Shown: positions 1 through 13,200 of the stretch, one piece after another
How positions within the stretch are numbered: the stretch's first letter is position 1
Layout of the letters: each line of letters begins with the position of its first letter
Source of the DNA: Saccostrea cucullata
Taxonomy: Eukaryota
Direction: 5' to 3'
Assembly: GCF_032062105.1 (NCBI RefSeq)
Contig: NW_026933907.1
Coordinates: 124,001 to 188,000, forward strand
Length of the DNA: 64,000 nt
Made by a program: the position numbers and the translations under genes
The notes under the pieces: model-generated
The model's input: the letters and a program-made list of their open reading frames with translations, nothing else
Databases searched by the model: none
Told to the model about the DNA's origin: nothing

Positions 1-400
1 ATAACATGATGTGACATATCTAACTTGACATTATGTTGAAGTCTCTCCCAGGTTTCACAACTGTCCATTTTCAGAAAGCTCGTGTGACCTTATTTGTATT
101 TGGAAAGTGGTAAAATTTTCCAATATTGTTGCATTATGATTCTATATTATGAATATGCCTATTGTTTGCTTTCATCAAATCACGAAAAGATTTTAGAAAG
201 AAATTTCACAAACTTTTGGATCAACCCTCGTACATACAGGAAAATAACCTGGAACAACCAATTTTTCAAAAAAATTAAAATACTCATTCTGTAAGAAGCT
301 TAACTACTGTTAGGAAAAAGTTAAGCATATTTTTGTGTATTTTATATTATTAATCACTACATGTATTAATAATATAAATGATATTTAATAACAATTGTAG

Positions 401-3400
401 AGATAAGGAAACATTGGCCCAATATCTCAAAGCTGTTACTATGGCATTGGAGCAGGTGAGCGTTAGCTTCTACTAAGTGGATTTAGTATTTACCTACTTT
501 TAACTTCAAAGTAACCCAGGTGTACTATAAAACACACACTTTGTTGGCAGGCCAAGAAAGAGCTGACCCTGGCTAAGGGCATCACAGACTTCTCTTGGAC
601 TAAAAGGTTACTGAATGCTGACTTCATTCCTAGTGATGTCGGCAAGGCTGGGCCAGAGCTCATTGCTGCACAGGTTTGTACCATTAAACAAAACATAGTC
701 CTTGGTGTTTAGTGAAGAAAATAATTTTTTTTTTCATGCAAGTGATGGTATCTACAATACAGTACAAAAATGAAATTCAGGTGTTTAATGTTAATGATGT
801 CAATTTTTAAAAAAATTTTGTCACTTGTACATGTATTATACTAATATAAATTATAGTGAATTTAATGAACAATTAAAAATTCCCAGTTTATGTCAGAATT
901 ATTTTATATTTAAAGGTCAAGTATAATATTTTTGTGAAAATTCATAATTATTCATTATTGTCAGCCTCTGGAGCAATATGAATGACATTCTGAGATCTAT
1001 TTATTTTTTTGTCACCAATTTCCATCACTAATAGTCGTTTAAACTTACCTGTGTGACAAGTGGATCATTTATTGTAAATTGCTTATCTCCCTTGTTGCGT
1101 AACGTCATCAGAGACAGCGTGAAATAGGAAGTGCATGCTATATTGCCGTGTTTGGAACATTATTGTTTGCAAGATGTTGCCATGTGGGCTTTTAACTGTA
1201 CCAATAAATCGGAACAAGACATGAGTATATATTTAAATTTTTACGCACCTGAAATTGAGGGCAATATGGACATTCAATTTATAAAGAGATGGTTTTGAGC
1301 CCAATAAACACGAAACACTATAATGTCTACATAAATGTAAGCGACATTTTACATAGACCAGTTTAGGCTACATTTTAATTATTAATTAAAAAATTATCTC
1401 ACAAATTTCTTGGTTTTATTTCAAATTTAAATTGCATTTTTCAATTTGTCAGTTTAGGTATTTATAGCCGCAATACTGTTTTAGGGAAAGTTTTTTTTTT
1501 TGATTCTTGTTACAGTAATCAACAAGATCACAAGTACCTGAGTAACCTGACGATTGATTCATGTACTTTGCCCCTCCCCCCTACTGAAAATAAAACTGAG
1601 CAAAATATATATGAATTCCTTGTCCGTCATACCAGTACTTCGATATTTTATATTTTCCGCTTTTGTTAAGTTTTAGAGATTGGCCCATTAGAGCATGCAC
1701 TCGGTATATACATGACTGAACATTACGCGGCGCCATGTCAAAAGTACATGTATTTCGGCGTAAACCTGTAACATGCTGGAGTAAAAAAAATAAAATACTA
1801 AAAAAATTCATATACTGTGAAGGACTTGACTGACAAAAAACGGAAGGTGTGGTATAATAGACAAGGAATTGATTATCTGCCAAGTTATCGTGTCTAAAAA
1901 AAATCTCAGTTGGGATGTCATAATTTTAGATAATCAAGAGCACTTTTTACTATACTTATGTAACTAGACTTTGTCGAGTGTCTCTAATGGCATCACAAAA
2001 AGGGGAGGTAACTCTATTGATGAACGTTATTTTTAGCGATATTTGAACAGGTAAATAAAGAAAACAATGAGGTTTAAAATTAAACGAATATTGTAATCCT
2101 TCTTTTTAACCATTGTTTACAACATATATTTACAAGTATATCTATTTCCTTGATATTTGACCTTTAAGAGTATAACTTTGTCTTTGAATTTTGTCAGAAT
2201 TTGGTGGGGGCGTTTGTTGAGACTCAGAACCAGGCAATCAGTAAGATCAAGTCTCTGGAGGAGGAGATAGATACACACCAACAACACATCAACACGCTGA
2301 AACGGGAGCTCAGCGACGCTGTCCGCCGCGAGTATGACGAGAGTGTTAGTATCCTCATTATCTAAAACACTATGTCGCTGATTTTAACTCTGAAACAACT
2401 CAGTATAGAATGTATAATACAGAGACCTTATTAAAGCCAGAATATTACCAGGTATTAAGTATGTAGTAATAATTATATTTACATATATACACTGTATTGT
2501 AGGCCATTTAGACACTCTTGTTTAATGTATAACATTTTTTAGGCTGAAATTCCTACACGTGACCACAATAGAGACATGGATATGACTCAGTCAGAAAGTT
2601 TCTTGCCAATCAGGTACTAGCTGATAAAGATGTTAAAAAAGTTTTTGTACTTTAAAAATCTTTCCAATAGGACCTTTGATTTCATACCTGTATTGCATAA
2701 GTGCATTGTCAATGTTTGTGTTTAAGTTAAGGATAGTGTAAAGTTTTGTTTATGTGTCACTTTAGAGAGGACTCAGAAATCTCCTTTGGTATGCCTAAGG
2801 CAGCTACACCCAAGTCTAAGAAGCTGGATTCATCTCTCAGGAGATCAGAAAGGTACTAGATATAATCGGTTTTATGTGTGGAGTTTTAGAATGCTTTTCA
2901 ATATGGTTGTCAAATGCAGAGTTTTCATTTGGTTAACCACAACTTTGTTTCGACTGATTGGTAGAAAAAATTCTGGTATCAAAATGCTTAATCAAAATTA
3001 AAAAAATGGAATCGAAAAGCTAATAATTATTTTCACTTAATATATGAGTGAATAATTCTCAGATGGCACATACGTAAAACAATATACCGGGTAGAGTTAG
3101 TCATTGTTAAATTTTTGAGTGAAAACTTGGACTTCAGAATTTTTAAGCAAGTGATTCCATCTGTAAATATCCATTAAATTACTGATAGAAAAGTTTGCAA
3201 TCATTTGATTATAAACCATTTAGAATTGCTACTCAAATACACATAAATTCTAGAATTTTCTTGTATATATGATCACTGTATCAAACTATATATTCAATTT
3301 CATTTTAGTGATGCCAAGCGTTTTATTCAGAAATGGTATAAGCTTTACATTGCAATATATTTGATAACAGTACTTGGTTTTATTAGACATAGTGGATTGT

Positions 3401-4540
3401 TATTTAATAATGAAGAAAAATATTAACCAATTTAAGGATAAATTTTGTTAAAAATTATTCTCTACACAAAGGAGTGCAATTAAAACTAAATAATTAGATG
3501 TTTGATCTAATATCAGTGGTCTGCCTTTTAAAATGTGCATGTACTTGTACATTTATATTCTAACCAACATAAAAGATTCATTTTCAAGTAGTTGAAAATA
3601 CATTGTATAAATATTTTGACTTGTGTGTTTTATATTTATATATACATGTAGTGCATATATGTATATATAATTAAGATTGTGTGTTTTATATTTATATATA
3701 CATATAGTGCATATATGAATATATATTTCCATTAAGATTCAGTACCATATTGTCATTTTACTTTTTTCCATGTTTCTGTACACTGTTCAATCCAACAACC
3801 TTAATTTCCATTCTATGCCATATCGGATAATATATATGTTTTGTTTAAATTTTAATGATTAGTCCTGAGGATTTAACTAGTACGATGTATTTACGTCATG
3901 TTGAAATTTAATGACAAGTCCTGAAGATTTAGTACGATTACCAGCACCCTGTGATCTTCAGTAGTGAGTATCGCTCGGAGTCGAGCCACTGACAATTCTC
4001 CAATTGTACAGTAATTGACTCTGGAGGCTACATTTGATTTAGCCTCATCCTCTTACTTTCCCCAGGATTTTCTTTTTCAAAAACAGAGTATTCTTGTTTT
4101 ATTTTATATTTAGTGTTGGGGAAGTAGAGGTATAATTTTTTCAAGTATTTAAAATATTCTGTTCATTTACTTTATGTTGATTTTTGAATTCACTGAGACA
4201 CTGTATTTCAAACTTAATGAATTTATTTTCTATAGTTGATATTTCCGTTTTAACTCTGTCATTTAAAACTAATGCTACTAATGCCTACATGTACTTCTAG
4301 ACTAGAAACTTTATCATAATCATGTGTCATCTTTTATTTAAAAGTCAGTTATTTCTGCATATTTCAGTGAATTATTTTGTTTTCCATAAAAAATCCTTTC
4401 CTTTTATTATCATAAGATGATTGATATCACCAGTTAATTGTTTGAGTATATTTTACAGGTCCCCAAAATTCCAGACTCCAGTTAGGTCTAGTCGATCGAC
4501 CAACATCCGTCCTAAAGCATTTGAACCACACGGGAGGTAG
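401..4540 (+). CDS. CCDC171: Coiled-coil domain-containing protein 171, 3' part (exons 401-455, 551-673, 2198-2344, 2543-2613, 2766-2852, 4459-4540; gene starts before the window)
   Basis: Six GT-AG exons join in frame: DKETLAQYLKAVTMALEQ|AKKEL...KAGPELIAAQ|NLVGAFVETQNQAISKIKSLEEEIDTHQQHINTLKRELSDAVRRE...|...SFLPIR|EDSEISF...|...AFEPHGR*. The GPELIAAQ...LEEEI..H..HI..LK.EL..A.RE...FLPI block resembles the vertebrate CCDC171 C-terminus as I recall it. Confidence 0.8.
914..2163. mobile_element. Non-autonomous Kolobok-like DNA transposon in a CCDC171 intron, with a THAP-domain relic
   Basis: TTAA at 910-913 and 2164-2167 flanks inverted ends AGGTCAAGTAT / ATATTTGACCT. Decayed THAP-like peptide at ~1175-1365. 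Confidence 0.75.
3621..3725. repeat. Intronic tandem duplication, ~56-bp period
   Basis: TTGTGTGTTTTATATTTATATATACATRTAGTGCATATATG occurs twice, at ~3621 and ~3677. Confidence 0.8.
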
Positions 4541-6369
4541 CAGAATGTAAAGGGGGACAACTCTACAGGGTTAGCATTCCATACTGTCAGCTGTGATATA
4601 TCTACACAAACCAAATATACTCACTCATTTCTTCTGACCACATAATTCCAATCAAAATCCACCAAACATCTGTCATTTGACTGGGATCTGTGGTAGTCAT
4701 AGCCTTCCGATGTAACAGATCCAGAAACCTGAGGATTTTTGTGTAAGACTGTCTTTGTGGTGCTATTGTTACTAAGAGATGATATTGTTCTATTGTATGT
4801 GTGTATCTGACTAAATGTTTAGAAGTTTATAGATGAAATTGTTATGCTTTCAACAGATTGCATTTTAATTTTTTTTAAAAATGGAAATTATGTATGAATG
4901 ATGTAGTGTACATGTGTATTTAATAGAAATTAGTTCAAAATTTGTTTTTCTCCTTTTAGTAAGGTTTTAGCAAGAGGTGTGTATTGTAATTACTGAACTT
5001 TGTTTTATAAACGATATTGACTTTCATTTCCCATGACCACCAAAGCATAGTGTAATTTACCATATCATTGTAGGTCAGTATTTTTAATATATTTATTTCT
5101 AGCGTACATTCCAGGAAGTAAGTAATATGCAGTATGCAGTCATAACATTGCGTTTTTATTTTTAAAAAAACATTTTTAAGTGAACACATTTTCACTTTGA
5201 TTATATAATGAAGTAATTATGCATTTACAAATTTCATGTTATATCCGTCCTAATTTATTTTTTACACTTATGTTTTTGTGCCTATTTTTTATTTTGTTAG
5301 TCTCTATATTTGTGTACAGATTCCCTTCCAATTCTTTTATTTTGATTCTAATGAAAAATGGCCCCAACGTACTTTGTACTATAGACTAAGATCTGGCAAA
5401 TACCAGTACACATATACTTTTGTCCTACTGTGCTCTAAACATAGCCTAGAGTTTTATTGATGATTGAAAAGTGTATTCCTTGAATTTTGACCATCTAGCT
5501 CTAAAGGTTTCTTTTCTGTAATATTCATTTCTGTATTATGAACATAATGTATTATCTTAGTAAATGTTTACTGTGGAGAAAATACACACGAGAAATGTTT
5601 ACAGGTACTTGTATATTACCATGCAGGTATGTACTGGGTAACATGAAGTCAAGCAAGAGGTGAAATTTCAAGGCAAAACTGTTTTGTCAATATAATAGAT
5701 AATACATGTACTTTGAAAAACAAAAACATTCTTTGTAAGAACAGACATGTTGACTCGAAAATGTATCAACTCTGATGTTTTGAAACATTTCAATTTGTAG
5801 GTCTATATAATATGTATTGTACGTATGTTAAAATTGTTATTATATGATTGGCTCTGTTTACTTTCATTTATTAATTAAAATATTTTCCAGGATTCATAAA
5901 TTTTCAATTTTAATGATGTAAATGTAAAAATACAGAATAAGATATAAATATATTTAAAACAATAGTTGTCTTTTACTATTTTTTTTTACATTTTGATATT
6001 AAGAATGAAGTCAAGAACAACTTAATATAAAGAAATGTTCACAACTTATGAAAAAAACTAGGATATCCATGTAAACATCCATGAGTTAAATGAATAGTGT
6101 TCAGAAAAAATATAATGCTGTAATTTTTTCAGATCAGTGAGCTACAGATCTGCAACTATAATTTATTACACTAGCTAGAGCTATGCACTAGAATAATTTA
6201 GCAACGGAGACTGCTAAACGTACATCATGAATTAACAGAAAATTTATGACCGGCTTATTTTCAAAACAGGCTTATTTTCGAGTAATTTTCAATGCAAGAA
6301 ATAGGTGGCTTGTTTTTAAAACCGGCTTGTTATCAAACCCGTCTTATTTTCAAGGTTTTAGGTAACGAT

Positions 6370-6890
6370 GAAAAAGATGTATTTGTGAAACATGTACGTA
6401 CGATGCGGCAACAAAATCTGAAAAAAACATTTTTTAGCGTATAGGTTACAGTCAAGGTCACTGACCTTGGCATCATTGGAAAGAACTTAATTAGTGGAGT
6501 AGGCATACCAAATATGAAGTCTCTATCTCATATGGTATAAATTTAGTTATGGTGAAGGTTCAAATAAAGCTTTATTTAGCATATATGTCACAGTCAAGGT
6601 CACAAGGCCATTTACCTTTGTGTCATTTGGAAGAGTTTTATTAGAGGAGTATGCATACTAATTATAAAGTCTATCCTTCATGGTTCAAAAGCTATGGCGA
6701 AGGTTAAAGTTTGCAGACAAAAAGCTATTTTTAGCATATATGTCAAGGTCATAAGGTCATTGACTTTGTGTCATTGAATGCAGGCTACACAAATTATGCA
6801 TAGCAAATAAAATTTTCGCCACTTATGTTTCATGGTTCATGAAAAAAATTATGGCGAAGGTTTTAAAGTTTGCAGACAAACAAACTAACA
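6370..6890 (+). mobile_element. Degraded Helentron-type (HINE-like) element with internal tandem repeats
   Basis: Three ~140-bp units containing GTCAAGGTCA...GTCATTG...CATGGTTCA...ATGGCGAAGGTT, followed by a CAGACAAACAAA-like microsatellite. Confidence 0.5.
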
Positions 6891-7181
6891 AAAAATGTTA
6901 TCTTTCAGGAACACAAATATATATAAACTTAATTCAAATTAATTAGTATGTGATGAAAAATTTCATTATTTGTGTCAGAGTGTACACGAATTGTAGGCCC
7001 TACTGTATTCTACATCTCTATACACGTGTACATATTTTCTAGAAGAATCTTTTTCAGCGAAATATTTGAAGTATGACTTACTTAATTTACTTTCGGTTTC
7101 ACTTTGACGAATTTCATAAGTTTTAAGCTCTGACCGAACAAACGTCCTACTGGCGTACTGCAATACTGTAATTGCAGAATA

Positions 7182-7814
7182 ATGTCTTCAGTGACCAGAA
7201 TTGTATCTAAACGCATCTATGGTGAGTTTTTTTCTTGCGTAACCAGAAGAATAGTTCGTGTTTTTTTAAGTTTAGGGTACCGGGTAGTTCACAGATGTGA
7301 ATTGATTTTCATGTGTTTGATACTTTTTGGTATTAATTTGTAGTTCACAGAAAATTGATTTTCATGTAATCTTGATATTTTTGTAGTTTTTTTCCGAAAT
7401 GCAATTTTTATGCATACATATTCATTTTACCATAGTAGCACGTATAAGTTTCTATCGCGATTTTATAAAATACATTTTGAATACGTGTAATATATAATCA
7501 AACATTTTGATTTATATCTAGGCATTTTGAATTCAGGAAGATCAGCATACACGTCAGTGATGACAGGTTTTCGTAACCATTCGGAGGATGGAAAAGGTCA
7601 TCGCAAAAAGGGAAAAACCCCAGCTGGAAAATTTGATGATCCTCGACAAGAATTAGAAACAGAGGAAGTGGTGAATATGACTGTTGAACAGGAACCTTTG
7701 GAGAGGTTTCCTAACGACAAGAACCCGGTCACGGGGGAGATAGGAGGCCCTAGAGGACCAGAGCCCACGCGGTACGGTGACTGGGAGAGGAAGGGGCGTG
7801 TAACCGACTTCTGA
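7182..7814 (+). CDS. SDHAF4: Succinate dehydrogenase assembly factor 4, mitochondrial (exons 7182-7221 and 7522-7814; 110 aa)
   Basis: C-terminus [30 protein letters not shown] is the SDHAF4/DUF1674 signature. Exon 1 ([14 protein letters not shown], a basic presequence-like peptide) ends in GTGAGT and joins exon 2 in phase 1. Confidence 0.95.
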
Positions 7815-8890
7815 CAGGATATTTCAAAATCTGATTTTGTTTACATGCATGTCTTTCATTTGTGGCCATGATTTGAATCTCAGGTTATTTTCAAATGGAT
7901 TACCTGAATCTTCTGAAGAACAGGTTCCTTGACACTTGTACTGTGTCTGCTTGACTTTGAGTTGTGTAGTATTTAACACAGTCTGCAATATTTCAACAGG
8001 AAATGAATTATTTAATAGGATGTACATGTACAATACATGTACGTTTGGAGTAAAAAAAAAAAGTAGATGTACAAATTATTTTTTCAGTATGTATTTTTTT
8101 GTGTATTTTTCTATCACAGAAAAAAAACTTTTGTCCAAGGCTTTTTCGATCATATATATGTAAATAATTTTTGCTCTTTGTAATAATCCTTGTTCCAACA
8201 ACTTGATCAAGCTTTAAGAGAAATTTCTATATTAAAGATAATTTAAAACACAAAACTTCCATGTTTAAAAATATTTTTTATTTATGAGTACTTCACAGTG
8301 GCACAGAATTCAATTTAAATTCATAATTGTTACATAAATGTATTTCATTGTGCAAAGTTGAGATTGTGTAAAAAATAAACAATGGACATTTCATTTTTGT
8401 TTTTATCATCAAACAACTGAAAAATAAATACAGTCATTCTTCATTATATATTTGTGTGTGTGTGGGGGGGGGGGGGGTATTAGGTCAGTAATATCACCTG
8501 CAAACTGTTTCATATAAAGTAATATAGTCCATACTAGTAAACAAGGAACCAAAAAATTTACAATTCTTTAATATCCTTAAAAAATAACCCCCACACTAAT
8601 GCTTTTTTCTACGGCAATTACAAAATTTTATCCCATAAAAATATCCACATTTACAGTATATTGGTTGTCCAAAGACACACAGAAAGATCATTTTTACATT
8701 TATAAATTTCAACTTTAAAATGAATATTTTTCACTTTTAATAAACATATTAAATTGTCCAGAGAGGTGTTAAAGTTCAAGACATTAAATGAAATCTCTGC
8801 ACTTATTTGAGGATGATTCAATTCTTGAAGATTTTAATTCCAATGATGAATGAAGCCAAAAAGCGTTTTATGAAATGGATAATGACTGAA

Positions 8891-10209
8891 CTATGAACGA
8901 AGAGCGCAAAACTGTTGGAATACTTCCAGGATGTGAAAGTCAATGTCACTTGTGAAAAGTAGAGACTCCAGTGTACTGATGTACCTGAAAACCAGTTCAT
9001 GGTGCTGAAAAAAAGGTAAAAAATAACTTAAAACCCAATGTATAAAAGATAAGAACACCTGATTAAACATTATTCACATTATAAATGGTATAACCAGTTC
9101 ACTTTTTTTATACATATATAAATGTATTGTGAACATGATATACACTGGGAAATTGTTATAAATAATACATGTACATGCATAGTTAATTGCAGTGACTGTC
9201 TCATTCTTGAAGGGATTATTTGAAAATGAATAATTATTATATCATGCATTTAATATATCATGCATGCACTTAACTATGGTATATGTAATGTTAAGATTAA
9301 ATTAAACCACTTTTTGGACTTCATGAAAATTTTAAAATTTGATATATTTAATGCAAACATGTACATTTAAATAAAAGTGAAAATACATGCACATCATCAA
9401 TTTTCAGCTGAAGCCACTTTTTAAAAATATTATTCCAAAAGTAACATGTGAGAGAATGGAATAAATTAAAATGGTAAAGAATTTCATTAAAAACAATGTA
9501 AACGTACAGAAAACATACCAGCAAAAATATTTGTTGTAATCTTTCAATAACCCACTTGTACCATGGAGTATTGTAATCAATGCCATTTCCTTCACACTTT
9601 GCCAAATGGTCAGTCAGGATCATAATAAATCGCTATGGAATACAGAACAGTTACATTATTACACTTTAGTATATAGAGAGACTAGGAAAGGATATTCTGC
9701 TATTAAATTAAATTACCCAAATCATTTTACCAAAGCACAGAAAATCAATTCTTCATCTAGTGAACCTTCAACATGTATTTTCCTTGAATTTCACAGTCAT
9801 TTCACATTCAAATACACTAATAAATATTAATCTACAGGATGGGTTATTTTTCTTATAAAGGGGCAACAGTACATAGAAGATGATCAGAAAGAGTCGTTTG
9901 AAGGGGCAATACAGTGTATAATACATGGAAGATGGACAGAAAGAGTCGTTTTGAAGGGGCAATATATGGAAGATGGTCAGAAAGAGTCGTTTTGAAGGAG
10001 CAATATAATACATGGAAGATGGTCAGAAAGAGTCGTTTTGAGGGTCCACTAATAGCTGGAAGATGATCAGAAAGAGTCGTTTTGAAAGGGCAATAATACA
10101 TGGAAGATGATCCGCTTGAAGGGCCACTAAACCTGGAAGAGAGAAAAATTTTAATATTCTCTCATGATTTCATCTGTAGGTACCGGCTTGCTCCATTATC
10201 CGCTTGCTG

Positions 10210-10245
<36 letters not shown>

Positions 10246-13200
10246 CTGTAGGCAGTGATAAATGAACACTCTTTAAAATCAATTCCATTGTAATTAAAAA
10301 CACCACATGCTCTTTACCTTTCTCTTTGCTGCATCCAGTTTGTCCTTGGAGTCCTCAACATCTTGCTGTAGTTTGTCGACTTGTTTACTCATCTTTTTAA
10401 TTGTCGCATGCATTATTTCCCAAACATAAAATCTGTTCACAAACAAAGAGGATAATAATTAAATTTATCTGCAATGCAGAAACAAAGATAACTGTTTCCT
10501 TTTTTTATGATGCACAATTCATCTGATGAAATTTTTGAATATACACTGAATCTTTCTTTTTGTCACATGCATTTTTTAATGTAACAAAACATAAAATCTA
10601 TTCAAAAAGAAAAGTTAATTCTTGGTATAAACAAACACTTGTAATGGAGTGATGACATCAGATTCCTTATGTTATTTTATTTGAGAAAAGATGAAATAAA
10701 TCTTTAAGTTGTTAATTGTACTGACTTGGTAAACTCTGGCTGCATTTCACTGGAGAACAACCAGTTAGCCACAGCTGAGGGCTCCACAATCTGAGTCTTC
10801 AGTAACTTGTCCACAAGAACAACCATCATCTGTAACCAAAGCATCCCAAATACAATGTATGTAATTATACTAACAGAAAGTTCTGTAATCACATCATTTC
10901 ACATATGTATCAATTTTATTAGAAAATTCTGTATCTAAATCATTTTACATATGTAATATTACAAATACTGTAACATCATCATTTTACACAAGAAATTAAA
11001 AAAAAAAAACTAATAAAATACATGTATCCCCTACAAGAAACTACCTGCATTTTATCATCTAATATTGACCTGTAATCTACTTACCTGCTGATGTGAGCTC
11101 CAGATTTCAAACATTGTACGGAGTAACCAAATCTGTCCCTCTTCTGTGTCAGCTAGAAGCTTTAAAATATGATGAAATCTGCAAAACAAATGACAGATAC
11201 GTTTAAACAATGTGACGGAAGACATTTGCTTACCTGATTCTAATGTATATGCTATATTCCAGTGTACCATGTTCTGGGGGTGAATTCCAGTACATTTAGT
11301 TATGAATGACAGTCTGTTTCTACTTACTTAGCTATAGCAGCAAAGGAATGACTGAATGACTTGCTGCCAAGGTAGAGTAAAACCGAGACAAAGACGTCTA
11401 TTCGGAGAGGGTGATACGTCGGGTCACCTGCAATAAACAAAATAAATCATATCTTACAGGTACATTATCAATACAATAGACTGCATGTAATACTGCACGT
11501 AATGTTTTTTGCAAATGAATAAATTTTCAACTGGTCGCAATAATAGAAGAAGTTGAAATAATGTCATAAAAAAAAATTATGCTATTATTTTTTCAGACTT
11601 TTTAACAATTTTTTGGATGAAATTTCAGCATCTTGGTTTTAAACGGAAAAAAACATGCAATGTATACATTTATTGTTTCATTGAGGTATTAAATATATAT
11701 GCATACATACACATGTATGTTGTTTTACTGAGGCAAAGATATTTATAAATGGATCTCTTTTTGATTTAATACTTTTTCTTTACATGCTACAGTTTTCTTC
11801 ACGCTTGATTTGGACTAGCTAATCATTTAATAATACATTGAATAACTCACTCTCCTCCTCACTGAGTGGGTTGGGCAGATCTTTCAGCAATACCATGGCC
11901 TCCTCCGGGGTACACTTGGACTTGATTGCAGCCATCAGTTGGTGGGCCACCATAGTACCAGGCATTGAGCCTGCTCCCTCCTTCTCATATTTGAATTGAG
12001 GGTGAGGTTTCTCAGGGATCAGAGCTTCAAAGCTTTCAGGGACATTTTCTGCTATTCGTTGGTGGTAGGATAATCTGTGAAGCAAAGAAACAGAAAAAAG
12101 ACAAAATTATATGTGATTGTTTTCCCGTTAATATTCCATAACAAGAGGCCCATGGGCAACATCCCTCACCTGAGCATTGTGACTAGGAGAAAAACAAAAA
12201 TCAATCCAGTTTTGAAAAGCTTAAATGCATGTGGTCCCAACCTACCCCTAAAAGACAGAAGGGAGATGATTTGAATTAATATGAATCTACAAAGGATGCT
12301 TACATATTTCTTTGACTTAATTTGGCTTTTTTCCATAAAAGTTTGAACTTTCATTTTTGCACCACCCAACCCCCCGGGGTCATGATTTGAACAAACCTGA
12401 ATCTACACTACTTTAGGATGCTTCCATATAAATATGACCAATCATGGCTTCGTTGTTCTTGAGAAGACGATTTTTAAAGATTTTTCCTATATATTCCTAT
12501 GTTAAGTTTTGATCGTCCATTGTGGTCCTACCCAACCCCCCAGGGTCATGATTTGAACAAATTTGCATCTACACTACTTGAGGATGCTTCCACATTAGTT
12601 TCATCTTTCCTGACCAAGTGGTTCTTGAGAAGAAAATTTTTAAAACATGCCACCAAATTTTCACTATTTCTTAATTATCTCCCCTTTATGAGGGTGTGAT
12701 CCTTCATTTGAACAAATTTGAATCTCCTTCACCCAAGGATACTTTGTGGCCCAGTGGTTCTGGAGAAGGTCAAAAATGTAAAAAGTACAGCTAGACGGAC
12801 AGATAGACAGACTACAGACAAATTGTGATCAGAATAGCTCACTTGAGCTTACAGGTCAGGTGAGCTAAAAATGTCAGACACAATACCTTAAACACTTGAG
12901 AAGCACCTCCTTGACAAATTTGGGTTTGGGTAATTCTGGGTCCATTTGACAACAGGTAGACCAATCATCCCAGCTCCAGCGGAACTGGAAGTTGCTCAAA
13001 TGGTATGCAAACCAGTTAGCAAATCTGAAAAATATTACTTACTTTTACATGTACGTAATACTTAAGAATGAGTGAAATAACATTGCTTTGTCAGCTAAGT
13101 ACATTTTTAATTTACAAAACACAGTAAATACATTCTAATGCAATTTTGATAATAAATTCTACAATAAAATCACCGCTTCAATTGACAAACCTTTCAATAC

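Noticed and set aside
9858-10140. CRISPR-like repeat-spacer array
   Set aside because: Eukaryotic intron; the variable parts are related to each other and the repeat derives from NCBP1 exon sequence.
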